Shown here: positions 54,085 to 63,141 of the stretch, piece by piece
Position numbering within the stretch: the stretch's first letter is position 1
Layout: each line of letters starts with the position of its first letter
NCBI GenBank assembly: GCA_963748815.1
Contig: CAVVKJ010000010.1
Span: 736,001-800,000, forward strand
Length of the DNA: 64,000 nucleotides
Reading direction: 5' to 3'
Source of the DNA: an uncultured Gemmatimonadales bacterium
GTDB lineage: Bacteria; Gemmatimonadota; Gemmatimonadetes; Gemmatimonadales; GWC2-71-9
Translations under genes and position numbers: made by a program
The notes under the pieces: model-generated
Told to the model about the DNA's origin: nothing
Database searches by the model: none
The model's input: the letters and a program-made list of their open reading frames with translations, nothing else

Positions 54085-55178
54085 AGTACTTCAGCCCCGT
54101 CGACTCCGCCAGCTGTTTCGCCAGCGCTTCCTGTTCGGGCGTGAGGGACTCCGGCAGCTCGACCTTCACCGCCACGATCTGGTCTCCCCGCCTGCCTGCC
54201 CGCTCCAACCCCTGCCCCTTGATGCGGAACTTCCGGCCCGGCTGCGTCCCCGGCGGCACCTTGAGGACGATCTTCTTGCCGTCGAGGGTCCGGACCCGGA
54301 GCCGGGTGCCGAGGAGCGCCTGCGCCAGGTTGATGGGGACCTCGCACACGAGGTCGAGACCGTCCCGCTGGAAGAAGCGATCGACCTCGACGGTGAAGAC
54401 GACGATCAGGTCGCCCGCCTGCCCGCCCCCTCGCGCCGGCTGCCCCTGCCCCTTGAGCCGCACCCGGGCGCCCGTCTCCGTGAGGGGCGGCACCGAGATC
54501 AGCACGCGGCGCTCGGCGCGGAGGTCGCCCGCGCCCCCGCACGTCGGGCAGCGCTCGGAGGGGACGGTCCCTTTCCCGCGGCACTTGGGACAGGGGCGAT
54601 TGACCGCGAATCCCCCCTGGCCGAAGGAAATGGACCCCCGCCCGTTGCACTCGTCGCAAGTGGTGATCTTGGCGCCCGGCGCGGCGCCGCTCCCCTTGCA
54701 GGTGGCGCACGTCTCGGTGACTGGCAGCGTGACGGGCACTTTCCCGCCGAGCATCGCGACGCGGAAGGGAACCTCGACGTGGGCCTCGAGGTGCTCCGCG
54801 ACCGGTTCCTCGCGACGGCCCCGCCCGAAGATCGACGAGAAGATGTCGCCCAACCCGCCCAGATCCCCGAATTCGAAGCCTTCCATCCCCGGTTGCGCCT
54901 GTCCCCCTGCCCCACTGCCCCGCTGCCCCGCCGCGCCGCTCCGCGCGCGGCTCAAAGGCCCCCAGCCGCCGCATGTGGTCGTACTTCTTCCGCTTTTCCG
55001 CGTCGGACAACACGGAGTGCGCCTCGGAGATTTCCTTGAAGCGCTCGGCGGCCGATGGATTGTTGGGATTGGCGTCCGGATGGTGCTGCTTGGCCAGCCG
55101 CCGGTAGGACTTCTTGATCTCGGCCGTCGTCGCCGAGTCGGGGACGCCGAGCACCTGGTAGAAGTCCCGGTCGGCCAC
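54083..55178 (-). CDS. dnaJ: Chaperone DnaJ (frameshift in the G/F linker, ~54900-54955)
   Basis: J domain with HPD; four CxxCxGxG repeats and C-terminal domain in the second frame. Confidence 0.9.
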
Positions 55179-55787
55179 CTAGGCCTGCCCCGGATCGGAA
55201 TAGACCTGGACGCGGGCGGGGCGGAGGAGCGCCCCCTTGAACCGATACCCCACCTGGAAGGTGCGGCAGACGGTATGATCCTGCTCCGGCGCCGTCGGCG
55301 GCGTGGTGGCCACCGCCTCGTGCAGCTCCGGATCGAAGGGCAGCCCGGCGGGATCGACCCGCTCGAGTCCGACCAGCTCGAGTTCCTTCCAGAGCTTTCG
55401 GGCCAGGAGTTCCATCCCCTGGTAGAGCGATTCGGCGGTCATGACCGCCGGGTCGCCGGAGAGGAGCCGGTCGATGTCGTCGAGTTCATCGAGCAGGCGG
55501 CCGACGAAGGCGCCCTGGGCGCGCGTCGTCAGTTCTTCCCGCTCCTTGAGGGTCCGCTTCCGGAAGTTGTCGTACTCGGCCGCGAGCCGGGTGAACTTGT
55601 CCTTCAGCGCGTCGTTCTCCGCCTCGAGCCGATGGATCGCCTCGGCCGCCGGCTCCAGTGGCACGCCGCCGATCGCCGCACCGGCCTCGGGCGTCTCGGC
55701 TCCCTGCTCGGCATCGCTCAGGGCGTCCGGAAGGTCGTTCAGGTCGTCTTCTGCGTCAGTCAATTTGGGGTCCAGTGGAGAGTGCAT
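55179..55787 (-). CDS. grpE: Nucleotide exchange factor GrpE
   Basis: AEYDNFRKR, FDPELHEA, GYRFKGALLRPARV. Confidence 0.93.
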   Translation of the reverse strand: MHSPLDPKLTDAEDDLNDLPDALSDAEQGAETPEAGAAIGGVPLEPAAEAIHRLEAENDALKDKFTRLAAEYDNFRKRTLKEREELTTRAQGAFVGRLLDELDDIDRLLSGDPAVMTAESLYQGMELLARKLWKELELVGLERVDPAGLPFDPELHEAVATTPPTAPEQDHTVCRTFQVGYRFKGALLRPARVQVYSDPGQA

Positions 55788-55826
55788 AGAGGAAGCTAAT
55801 AGCAACCGGCGTGCCCTGGGGGAGGG

Positions 55827-57075
55827 TCATTCTGGCAGGGATTTGAGCCGCCGCCAGAGTTCGAAAAGGGCCAGATGCGCCGCCCTCCCCCGAATCTCGG
55901 CCCTCGATCCGACCAGCTTGAGCGGGACCACCTCCGCCCCACCGGGAAGGGCGAAGCCCAGCCAGACCGTCCCGACCGGTTTCTCCTCCGAGCCTCCGTC
56001 CGGCCCAGCAATCCCGGTGATCGACACCGCCACATCGGCACCCAACGCGCGGGTGGCCCCGAGGGCCATCTCACGCGCCACCGGGCCGCTAACAGCCCCC
56101 TCGGCGGCGAGGAGGCTCTCAGGGACGCCCAGGAGCCGACGCTTCGCCTCGTCGGCGTAGGCGATGACCCCGCCGAGAAACTGGCTCGAGCTCCCCGGCA
56201 CGGCGGTCAGCCGGCCGCCCAGCAGCCCGCCGGTACACGACTCGGCCACGGCAATCGTCCAGTGCCGGCGGCGCAGCTCAGCGAGGGTCACCTCGGCGAG
56301 GTCTTCGTCGCCCCGGCCGTACAGCGTGGTGGCCGGCCCGGGTGGTCAGGAGGTCGGCGGCCGCCTCAAGCCGCCGGTCGGCCACCTCGGGGGCCAGGTT
56401 CCAGGCGGTCGCCCTGAGGTCGACACTCCCGAACCCCGGAAGGTAGGCGAGGGTCAGCGGGGCAATCGCCGAATCGATGTCACCCAACTGCTCCGCCAGC
56501 GCCGACTCGCCGACGCCGGTGGTTCGCACGGTGACCGATCGAATGACGCCGCCGCTCCGCTCCCGCTCCGCAAGCCGTGGCGCCACGGCCGAGGCGATCA
56601 GACTTCGCATTTCCACGGGGACGCCGGGGAGCATCACCACGAGTCCCGGCTCCCCCTCGAGCCAGAGTCCAGGAGCGGTGCCCCAGCGGTTGGGGAGGAC
56701 GACGGCCCCCTCGGGCACTTCGGCCTGCCCGCGATTGCTGGGGGTCGGCACCCGGCCAAAGCGGGCGAAACGCTCCTCGACGGCGGCCCACACGGCGGAA
56801 TCGAAGACGAGGCGGGCGCCGAAGAGTCCGGCCACGGCCGACTTGGTGATGTCGTCGGCGGTCGGGCCGAGTCCGCCGGTGGTGATGACCGTCCCGGTGC
56901 GCTTGAGCGCGGCGGCGACCGCATCGCGGATGTCGGCGACGTTGTCGGACACGGCGGTGCGCCGCACGACGCGCACGCCGAGGGCCGCGAGCGCGCGCCC
57001 GATCTCGGCGCTGTTGGTGTCGACGGTGAACCCGAGCAGCAGTTCCGTGCCGACCGTCACGAGTTCGATGTTCAT
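55827..57075 (-). CDS. cinA: CinA (MoCF-like + PncC domains; frameshift near 56290-56330)
   Basis: GTELLLG..DTN, TGGLGPTADD, LPGVPVEM; AESCTGG, ITGIAGPDGG..KPVGTV. Confidence 0.9.
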
Positions 57076-57091
57076 GGGGGGGACGGCGGAC

Positions 57092-57730
57092 CTACTCGGA
57101 GCGCTGGGAGAAGAGCGCGCGATACCGGTAGAGGTAGACGAGGAAGGAGTAGACGGTCAGCGCCACGGCCAGGAGCAGGGCGACGGCCACGAACCCGCCG
57201 TGCCAGCGGCTCCACCACGCGAAGAAGGGGGTGTGCTCCCACCCCAGGGGACGGCCGGCGTCGCGGAAGGCGAACCAGAGGAAGATTCCGCCGATGAAGA
57301 TGCTCTGGAACGCGGTCTTGAGCTTGCCGGCGCCACCGGCCGAGATGATGACGCCGCGGCGCTTGCCCCACCAGCGGAGCACGGTCATCGCGAACTCCCG
57401 CCCGAGCATCAGCACGCAGGCCCAGAGGGGGATGCTCCCCCAAATCGGGATGTCATAGAGGTTGTGGCGGGTCCGGCTGATGAAATAGATCGGGATGAGG
57501 CTGGCGAGGAGGAGGAGCTTGTCGGCGAGGGGATCGAGCAGCTTGCCGAGATCGGTGATCTGGTTCCGGCTCCGGGCCAGGTACCCGTCCAGGATGTCGG
57601 TGAGGGCCACGGCGACGAACACCAGGAAGGCGATGAACTTCGGCCAGTACCCTTCGATGAAGGGGAGGAGCGCCACCACCGGTGTCATCGAGATCCGGAT
57701 GAGGGTGACGATGTTGGGCAGGTTCCACAT
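57092..57730 (-). CDS. pgsA: CDP-alcohol phosphatidyltransferase (PgsA-like)
   Basis: NLPN..T..R, DILDGYLAR..G..LDPLADK. Confidence 0.88.
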   Translation of the reverse strand: MWNLPNIVTLIRISMTPVVALLPFIEGYWPKFIAFLVFVAVALTDILDGYLARSRNQITDLGKLLDPLADKLLLLASLIPIYFISRTRHNLYDIPIWGSIPLWACVLMLGREFAMTVLRWWGKRRGVIISAGGAGKLKTAFQSIFIGGIFLWFAFRDAGRPLGWEHTPFFAWWSRWHGGFVAVALLLAVALTVYSFLVYLYRYRALFSQRSE

Positions 57731-57742
57731 CTGCCCGGCCTC

Positions 57743-58420
57743 CTAGCCGAGGGTCTTGAGGACGAGCTTGCTGACCGCCTTCAGCGTGTCGAACACCCCT
57801 TCGCCGTTGACCGCCACCGCCTCGAAGTACGTGGCGCGCTCGATCCACTCGCCGTCCTGGGTCCGGCCCACGAGGAACTCGCCTTCGTGGTAGGGGTCCG
57901 CCAGCGGGCGCTGGCGCGCGGCCTCTTCGACCGGCCAGCCGGGATTGAGCGCCGCCTGCAGGTCGAGGATGGAGGCGGCGTTCGGCAGGTCGCGCTTGTT
58001 GTACTGGATGATGAACGGGATGCGCGTCAGGTCGTAGCCGTGCTCGGCCATGTTGTCGTACAGGTTCTGCATCGCCTCGATGTTGGCTTCCATCCGCTCG
58101 ATCTGGCTGTCGGCCACGAACACGACGCCGTCGACGCCCTTGAGGATCAGCTTCCGCGAGGCGTTGTAGTACACCTGGCCGGGGACGGTGTAGAGGTGGA
58201 AGCGCGTCTTGAAGCCGCGGATGGTGCCGAGGTCGACGGGGAGGAAGTCGAAGAAGAGGGTGCGCTCGGTCTCGGTGGCGAGGGAAATCATCTTCCCCTT
58301 GGCCCCGGGCGCGACCTTGTTGTAGACGTGCTCCAGGTTGGTCGTCTTGCCCCCGAGGCCGGGGCCATAGTAGACCAGCTTGCAGTTGATTTCGCGGGAC
58401 GCGTAGTTGATCATCGACAT
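57743..58420 (-). CDS. mglA: MglA small GTPase
   Basis: [34 protein letters not shown]. Confidence 0.95.
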   Translation of the reverse strand: MSMINYASREINCKLVYYGPGLGGKTTNLEHVYNKVAPGAKGKMISLATETERTLFFDFLPVDLGTIRGFKTRFHLYTVPGQVYYNASRKLILKGVDGVVFVADSQIERMEANIEAMQNLYDNMAEHGYDLTRIPFIIQYNKRDLPNAASILDLQAALNPGWPVEEAARQRPLADPYHEGEFLVGRTQDGEWIERATYFEAVAVNGEGVFDTLKAVSKLVLKTLG

Positions 58421-58433
58421 GCGCGCGTGCCTT

Positions 58434-58925
58434 CTATTCGCCGAAGAGTTTGTCGATTTCGTCCTCGGCATCGCCGAGGAAGTCCTGCTCGACCCGCGGC
58501 GCCACGCCGCCGTCCCGCGCGAACATTTCCGTGAAGACCTGCGAGAGGTCTCCCACCGTCCCGCGGACCCGCAACTTGACCAGGCCGAGCGTCGTGCGGG
58601 TGTCGAACAGCACCACGAGAATGACCCGCCGCGCAATGTCGGCGAGGTACATCGAGGCGTTCTCGCCCTGGTGGAACAGGCTGCCGAATTCCGGTTCGCC
58701 GATCAGCCGGGCCAACTGGTCGTTGGCGCTGAAGTCGGCGGCCGCCAGCGACGCGAAGGTGGTCGGGTCGAAATCCGGCGGTTCCCCCGCGGTCGCCACC
58801 ATCTGGCCGGTGCGGTCGACCAGCAGGGCGGTCCGCGCGTTCGACTCCCGCAGGAACGCCGTCAGCATGACCACGATCTTGTCGTGATCCGCCTCTGCGA
58901 GTGACCAACTGGACGCACCGGACAT
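58434..58925 (-). CDS. mglB: MglB roadblock/LC7 GAP
   Basis: [44 protein letters not shown]. Confidence 0.92.
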   Translation of the reverse strand: MSGASSWSLAEADHDKIVVMLTAFLRESNARTALLVDRTGQMVATAGEPPDFDPTTFASLAAADFSANDQLARLIGEPEFGSLFHQGENASMYLADIARRVILVVLFDTRTTLGLVKLRVRGTVGDLSQVFTEMFARDGGVAPRVEQDFLGDAEDEIDKLFGE

Positions 58926-58934
58926 GCAGGCTTC

Positions 58935-59204
58935 CTATCCGAGGGAGAGTTCGAGCCGCCGCAGCAGCGCGCCGGCGCGCCGGCGCAGGCCGGGGACCGT
59001 TTCCCACACCAGGTAATCACGGAGCACCCGCGCCGCCTCCGGCGACCGCTCGCCCGCGAGATAGGCGAGGGCGTCGGCCCGCCGGCGCTCCACCGGGCTG
59101 AAGAGCTCGGCGCGGTGGCGGTCCAGCCGGCGCTGGGCGAGGTGCCAGCCCACCACCAGCCCGGCCAGCGCGCCGCCGAGCAGGAGGAGCCCCGGCGCCC
59201 TCAC
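58935..59204 (-). CDS. Small membrane-anchored hypothetical protein
   Basis: N-terminal TM then a HEAT-like helix pair; overlaps the recR stop. Confidence 0.7.
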   Translation of the reverse strand: MRAPGLLLLGGALAGLVVGWHLAQRRLDRHRAELFSPVERRRADALAYLAGERSPEAARVLRDYLVWETVPGLRRRAGALLRRLELSLG

Positions 59205-59794
59205 CCCGCCACGTCCTGTCGGGCGAGGAGCGCGTGGGCCAGCGTGACGCCGTCCACGTACTCGAGGTCGCCGCCCATCGGGAGCCCGCGCGCCAGGCGC
59301 GTCACCCGAATCCCCTCCCCCGCCAGCACCTGGTGAAGATAGGTCGCGGTGACCTCCCCCTCCATCGACGGATTGGTGGCGAGGATCACCTCGCGCACCC
59401 CGCCACCCCGCACCCGCTCGAGGAGACTGTCGATCCGCAGCGCCTCGGGCCCGATGCCGTCGAGCGGCGAGAGACGTCCGCCGAGCACGTGGTAGCGGCC
59501 GCGAAACTCGGTGGAGCGCTCCACCGCCTGCACCGACGCCGCCTCCTCGACCACGCAGATCAGGCCGGCGTCCCGCCGCGCGTCCCGGCAGAACTCACAG
59601 CGCTCTTCCTCCGCCACATAGCCGCACTCCGCGCAGGCGCGCACGGTGGTGGCGACGGTGTCGAGCGCGCGGGCGAGGCGGGTGGATTCGTCCGGCCCCT
59701 GCTGGAGCAGGTGAAAGGTCAGCCGCTGCGCCGTCTTCCGTCCGATGCCGGGAAGGCGCGCCAGTTCGGTGACCAGCGCCTCGATGGCCCGCAC
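59201..59794 (-). CDS. recR: Recombination protein RecR
   Basis: LPGIGRKTAQRL, C4 zinc finger, EVILATNP..EG. Confidence 0.96.
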   Translation of the reverse strand: MRAIEALVTELARLPGIGRKTAQRLTFHLLQQGPDESTRLARALDTVATTVRACAECGYVAEEERCEFCRDARRDAGLICVVEEAASVQAVERSTEFRGRYHVLGGRLSPLDGIGPEALRIDSLLERVRGGGVREVILATNPSMEGEVTATYLHQVLAGEGIRVTRLARGLPMGGDLEYVDGVTLAHALLARQDVAG

Positions 59795-59797
59795 CGC

Positions 59798-60106
59798 CTA
59801 GAGTCCCAGCCCCGCCGGACCGGGCTGCACCTTTCGCATCTCCGCCTGCGCCATCTCGGCGGCCTGGCGCTGCGCCTCGGCGACCGCGCTCAGCACCAGG
59901 TCGGAGAGCAGCTCCGCGTCGCGCCCCTCAAACGCCTCGGGATCGATCGCGATGCCCCGGAGCCGCCCCTGGCCGTCGACCGTCGCGCGCACCAGGCCGG
60001 CGCCCGCGCTGGCCTCGACGGTGCGACCGGCGAGTTCGACTTGAAGTTGCTGCAGCCGGCCCTGTACCTGCTGGCCCAGCTGAAAGAGCTGCTGAATATC
60101 TGCCAT
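59798..60106 (-). CDS. ybaB: YbaB/EbfC nucleoid-associated protein
   Basis: AGAGLV..DG, IDP, L.DLV..A; position between dnaX and recR. Confidence 0.9.
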   Translation of the reverse strand: MADIQQLFQLGQQVQGRLQQLQVELAGRTVEASAGAGLVRATVDGQGRLRGIAIDPEAFEGRDAELLSDLVLSAVAEAQRQAAEMAQAEMRKVQPGPAGLGL

Positions 60107-60170
60107 TTCACACCTAAGTCACTGTGACAGTGCAAAGTACGGGTGCCCACACCGCGGGGCAACCCGGCTC

Positions 60171-61787
60171 CTAGTCGAGGACCTCGAGGTCGAGCACGGT
60201 GGCCGCGGCGTCGAGCGTGGGGTCCTTCTTCCGCACCTTGGTGAGCCGCTCCGCCCGCACCGCCTCCTCCGTCAGCCGCTCGGGAGGACGGGCGGCGGTG
60301 GCCGGCGGCGCCACCTCGACGCGCGCGGCGGTCCCCGCAACCGCCGTGATGATCGCGTCCACCGCGCCCGATTGCCGCTCGAGCGCCTCGCGATACATCG
60401 GATTCTCCTCGGTGAGCTCGAGCCGCACCACGTTGCCCTGGATGCTGACCGGGTTGCAGACCAGCAGGGCGGCGCCGAGGAAACTGCCCTGCTCGCGCCC
60501 GCGGGCGACGACGGAGTCCCAGGCGGTAATCAGCGCATCGAGGTCGAGGCCGGTGGCGGCCTCGCCGCGGGGAAGCGGGGAAGCGGGGACGCGGGGAGGC
60601 GCCGCCTTGGGCGCGCGCGGGGGCCGCGGGGCCGCGGGGCCGGGAGGCGGTGAACCGGCGATGACCGACGCCAAGTCCACCGTCCGGTCCATCATCGTCC
60701 AGCGGAGGAGCAGCGTCTCGACCGCCAGGCGGGCGTTGCCGCTGCGGCGGACAGCGTTCTCGCTCTCGGCGAGGAGCCGGAGCATCCGGAGGACGTCCCC
60801 CTCGGTGAGCTGCTCCTTGTACTCCTCGAGGGCGGCGCGGAGCGACTCGGTGATCTCCTCGGGGTCGACGCCGACCTGGAGCATCATCAGGGCGCGGAGC
60901 ATCTCGCCCGTGCCATTCAGGAATTCGGCGAGGTCGGCGCCGGCGTCGAGCAGCCGGGCGACCAGCGGGAAGACGCCGGCGGGGTCGCGCTCCGTGACGA
61001 CCTTGAGCACCTCGGCGTACTGCTCGTCGCCGACGAGGCCGAGGACCTCGCGCACCCGCTCGGCGGTGACGGCGCCTTCGCCGAAGGAGAGACACTGGTC
61101 GAGGACGGAGAGGGCGTCGCGCATCCCGCCGTCGGCGTGCCGGGCGATGAGCGTCAGCGCGTCGTCGTCCGCGGCGAGCTTTTCCTCGGCGAGCACCTGC
61201 GCGAGGCGGGTGCGGATGGCGGCGGGCCCGATGCGGCGAAAGTCGAAGCGCTGCAGCCGCGACAGGACCGGGGCGGCGGTATTGAAGATCTTGGCCGGCT
61301 CGGTGGTGGCGAAGACGAACACCACGCCCGGCGGCGGCTCCTCGAGGATCTTGAGGAGCGCGTTCCACGCCTCGCGGGTGAGCATGTGCGCCTCGTCCAC
61401 GATGTACACCTTGTGGTGCCCCTCCTGGGAGGCGGCGTACATGGCGCGCTCGCGGAGCTCGCGGGCGTCGTCGACGCCGCGGTTGCTGGCGGCGTCGATT
61501 TCCACGACATCGAGGTTGGCCGATCCGTTCCAGATGCGGAGGCAGTTCTCGCACTCGCCGCAGGGCTCGCCGGCGGGGGTGACGGTCTCGCGGCGCTCGC
61601 AGTTGAGCGCCATCGCGAGGATGCGGGCGGCGGTGGTCTTGCCGACGCCGCGGGGGCCGGTGAGGAGGTAGCCGTGGCCGAGGCGTCCGCTGGCGATGGC
61701 ACCGCGCAGGGCGGCGGCGACGTGGTCCTGCACCAGGAGATCGGCGAAGCGCCGTGGGCGATACCGGCGTGCGAGAGCGATGGCCAT
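60171..61787 (-). CDS. dnaX: DNA polymerase III subunit gamma/tau
   Basis: LARRYRP, GPRGVGKTT, EIDAASNRGVD, DEAHML, GGMRDALS. Confidence 0.96.
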   Translation of the reverse strand: MAIALARRYRPRRFADLLVQDHVAAALRGAIASGRLGHGYLLTGPRGVGKTTAARILAMALNCERRETVTPAGEPCGECENCLRIWNGSANLDVVEIDAASNRGVDDARELRERAMYAASQEGHHKVYIVDEAHMLTREAWNALLKILEEPPPGVVFVFATTEPAKIFNTAAPVLSRLQRFDFRRIGPAAIRTRLAQVLAEEKLAADDDALTLIARHADGGMRDALSVLDQCLSFGEGAVTAERVREVLGLVGDEQYAEVLKVVTERDPAGVFPLVARLLDAGADLAEFLNGTGEMLRALMMLQVGVDPEEITESLRAALEEYKEQLTEGDVLRMLRLLAESENAVRRSGNARLAVETLLLRWTMMDRTVDLASVIAGSPPPGPAAPRPPRAPKAAPPRVPASPLPRGEAATGLDLDALITAWDSVVARGREQGSFLGAALLVCNPVSIQGNVVRLELTEENPMYREALERQSGAVDAIITAVAGTAARVEVAPPATAARPPERLTEEAVRAERLTKVRKKDPTLDAAATVLDLEVLD

Positions 61788-61827
61788 GGCGATACGACCT
61801 GCGGAAGGACGGGAGAGGAAAAGAGTT

Positions 61828-61924
61828 GCCCCAGGCGACCCACAGCGAAACCGGACATCGTTTAGCGCTGCTACCGGCAAGGTCCTGACGCGGTTCACGC
61901 GCCGGCGTCCTGTGGACCTGGGGC
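61828..61924 (-). ncRNA. ffs: SRP RNA (4.5S type)
   Basis: GCCCCAGG..CCTGGGGC closing stem; GTGAACC..TCAGGACC-loop-GGTAGCAGC domain IV; upstream of dnaX. Confidence 0.9.
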
Positions 61925-61930
61925 GCGGGG

Positions 61931-61939
61931 AATATAACA
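61931..61939 (-). promoter_or_regulatory. Extended -10 promoter of ffs
   Basis: TGTTATATT six nt upstream of the SRP 5' end. Confidence 0.65.
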
Positions 61940-61941
61940 TG

Positions 61942-62003
61942 GCGGGGAAGCGGGGAAGCGGGGAAGCGGGGAAGCGGGGAAGCGGGGAAGCGGGGAAGCG
62001 GGG
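61942..62003. repeat. Perfect tandem repeat (GCGGGGAA)7 + GCGGGG
   Basis: Directly visible; eight GGGG tracts. Confidence 0.95.
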
Positions 62004-62190
62004 CAGGAAGATAGAACCCCGAACCCCGAGCGCAAGGAACTGCGGTTCGGTGGCCCTGGGGCACTCGCAGAATACGGGTGCTGGCGGGTGGGCCGATCTG
62101 TCGGGAACCTTCGAATTGCGGGCGGTCCTGGCGACAGGCGCTGCACTCCCTCAGCGTCGAACCACGCGCTGAACGGCCTCCCTGCCCCGC
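61998..62190 (-). ncRNA. Unannotated ~190-nt structured RNA (possibly 6S-like)
   Basis: Nested stems with G-U pairs only on the minus strand; TACGCT -10 candidate at 62225-62220; no credible ORF. Confidence 0.55.
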
Positions 62191-62234
62191 CGCCCCCCGG
62201 CCCACCGGCCCCACCTCTCAGCGTATGCTGACAA

Positions 62235-62264
62235 TTGCGCTGAACGATGCCCGAGTGTTATAAT
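62235..62264 (+). promoter_or_regulatory. Putative sigma-70 promoter
   Basis: TTGCGC-N18-TATAAT with extended TG. Confidence 0.5.
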
Positions 62265-62439
62265 TGCTTCCGCATCAACGGGTTACCATCGACCGCCTGA
62301 GTTGCCATGTCGTGGAGCCGAATGTCGACTATCTTGACAGATGTGATGCGGTCCTATCCCCAAGTCCTATGCGGACTTGCCCCTATCATCCAAACTCAAT
62401 CTTGACGTTCTTTGACGCCTGATTGCCCGCGCGCCAGCA

Positions 62440-62456
62440 TCGGCACGGGCCTTGCC
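62440..62456 (+). promoter_or_regulatory. Sigma-54 (-24/-12) promoter
   Basis: TCGGCACGGGCCTTGCC = GG-N10-GC; palindromes upstream at 62323-62339 and 62361-62379. Confidence 0.65.
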
Positions 62457-62567
62457 CCTGAGCAGGCGGATATGTGTCCCCATGTGGGGCCGTAAATTTC
62501 AGAGTACTCGTCGTTTCGCGCAGTGAGTTGTCCACCAGCAGTTCCTTTCACAAAGGACCAGCACACC

Positions 62568-63068
62568 ATGCACACCGCCTCCAAGCTGTCCCTCGCCGTC
62601 GTGGCGCTGCTCGCCATCGGGACCACCACGGTCCAGGCGCAGACCGCCAACATCAACGCCACCGCCACGGTGCAGACGCCGCTGACCCTGTCGGGCCAGG
62701 CCGATCTCGCCTTCGCCGCCGTCTTCCCGGGCGTGGCCAAGACCGTCCTCTCGACCGACCCAGGCGCCGGTCGCTTCCTGATCGCCGGCCAGGCCGCCGC
62801 GGAGGTCAACGTGACTTTCTCGCTGCCGACCCAGCTGACCTCGGGGGCCAACAACCTCCCGATCGGCACCTTTACCGGCGGCCAGTTCGCCACGAACACC
62901 CAGGCGAGCCAGACCGCGCTGGTGCCGACCGCGCCGACGGTGACCAACATCGGGGCCGGCGGAAACCTCTTCATCTGGCTCGGCGGGACGGTGACGCCGG
63001 CCTTTGGGCAGGCCGCCGGGGCCTACACCGCCCCGATCACCATGACTGTCGCATACACCGGCAACTGA
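62568..63068 (+). CDS. Secreted pilin-like protein (DUF4402 / spore-coat-U-like)
   Basis: Signal peptide, Thr/Ala-rich beta protein, C-terminal GAYTAPITMTVAY. Confidence 0.7.
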   Translation: MHTASKLSLAVVALLAIGTTTVQAQTANINATATVQTPLTLSGQADLAFAAVFPGVAKTVLSTDPGAGRFLIAGQAAAEVNVTFSLPTQLTSGANNLPIGTFTGGQFATNTQASQTALVPTAPTVTNIGAGGNLFIWLGGTVTPAFGQAAGAYTAPITMTVAYTGN

Positions 63069-63141
63069 GCTGGACACCGTGAGGCGGTGGTACCGGCGGC
63101 GTGGGCTCTGGCCTGCGCCGCCGGTGCGCCCTTCCGGACCC

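Noticed and set aside
60171..61787. Programmed -1 frameshift or slippage site in dnaX producing gamma
   Set aside because: No A AAA AAG or poly-A slippery tract seen
61942..62003. CRISPR array
   Set aside because: 8-bp tandem units with no spacers and no cas genes
62145..62175. tRNA suggested by a GGTTCGA T-loop-like motif on the minus strand
   Set aside because: No T-stem, anticodon arm or acceptor stem; the motif pairs within the larger structured RNA
61998..62190. MITE or IS remnant with 14-bp terminal inverted repeats
   Set aside because: Mismatches are G-U compatible on one strand, no target duplication is evident and there is no second copy in the window; an RNA structure fits better
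62460..62560. Riboswitch (e.g. c-di-GMP) in the leader of the pilin-like gene
   Set aside because: Only short hairpins; no recognisable aptamer consensus
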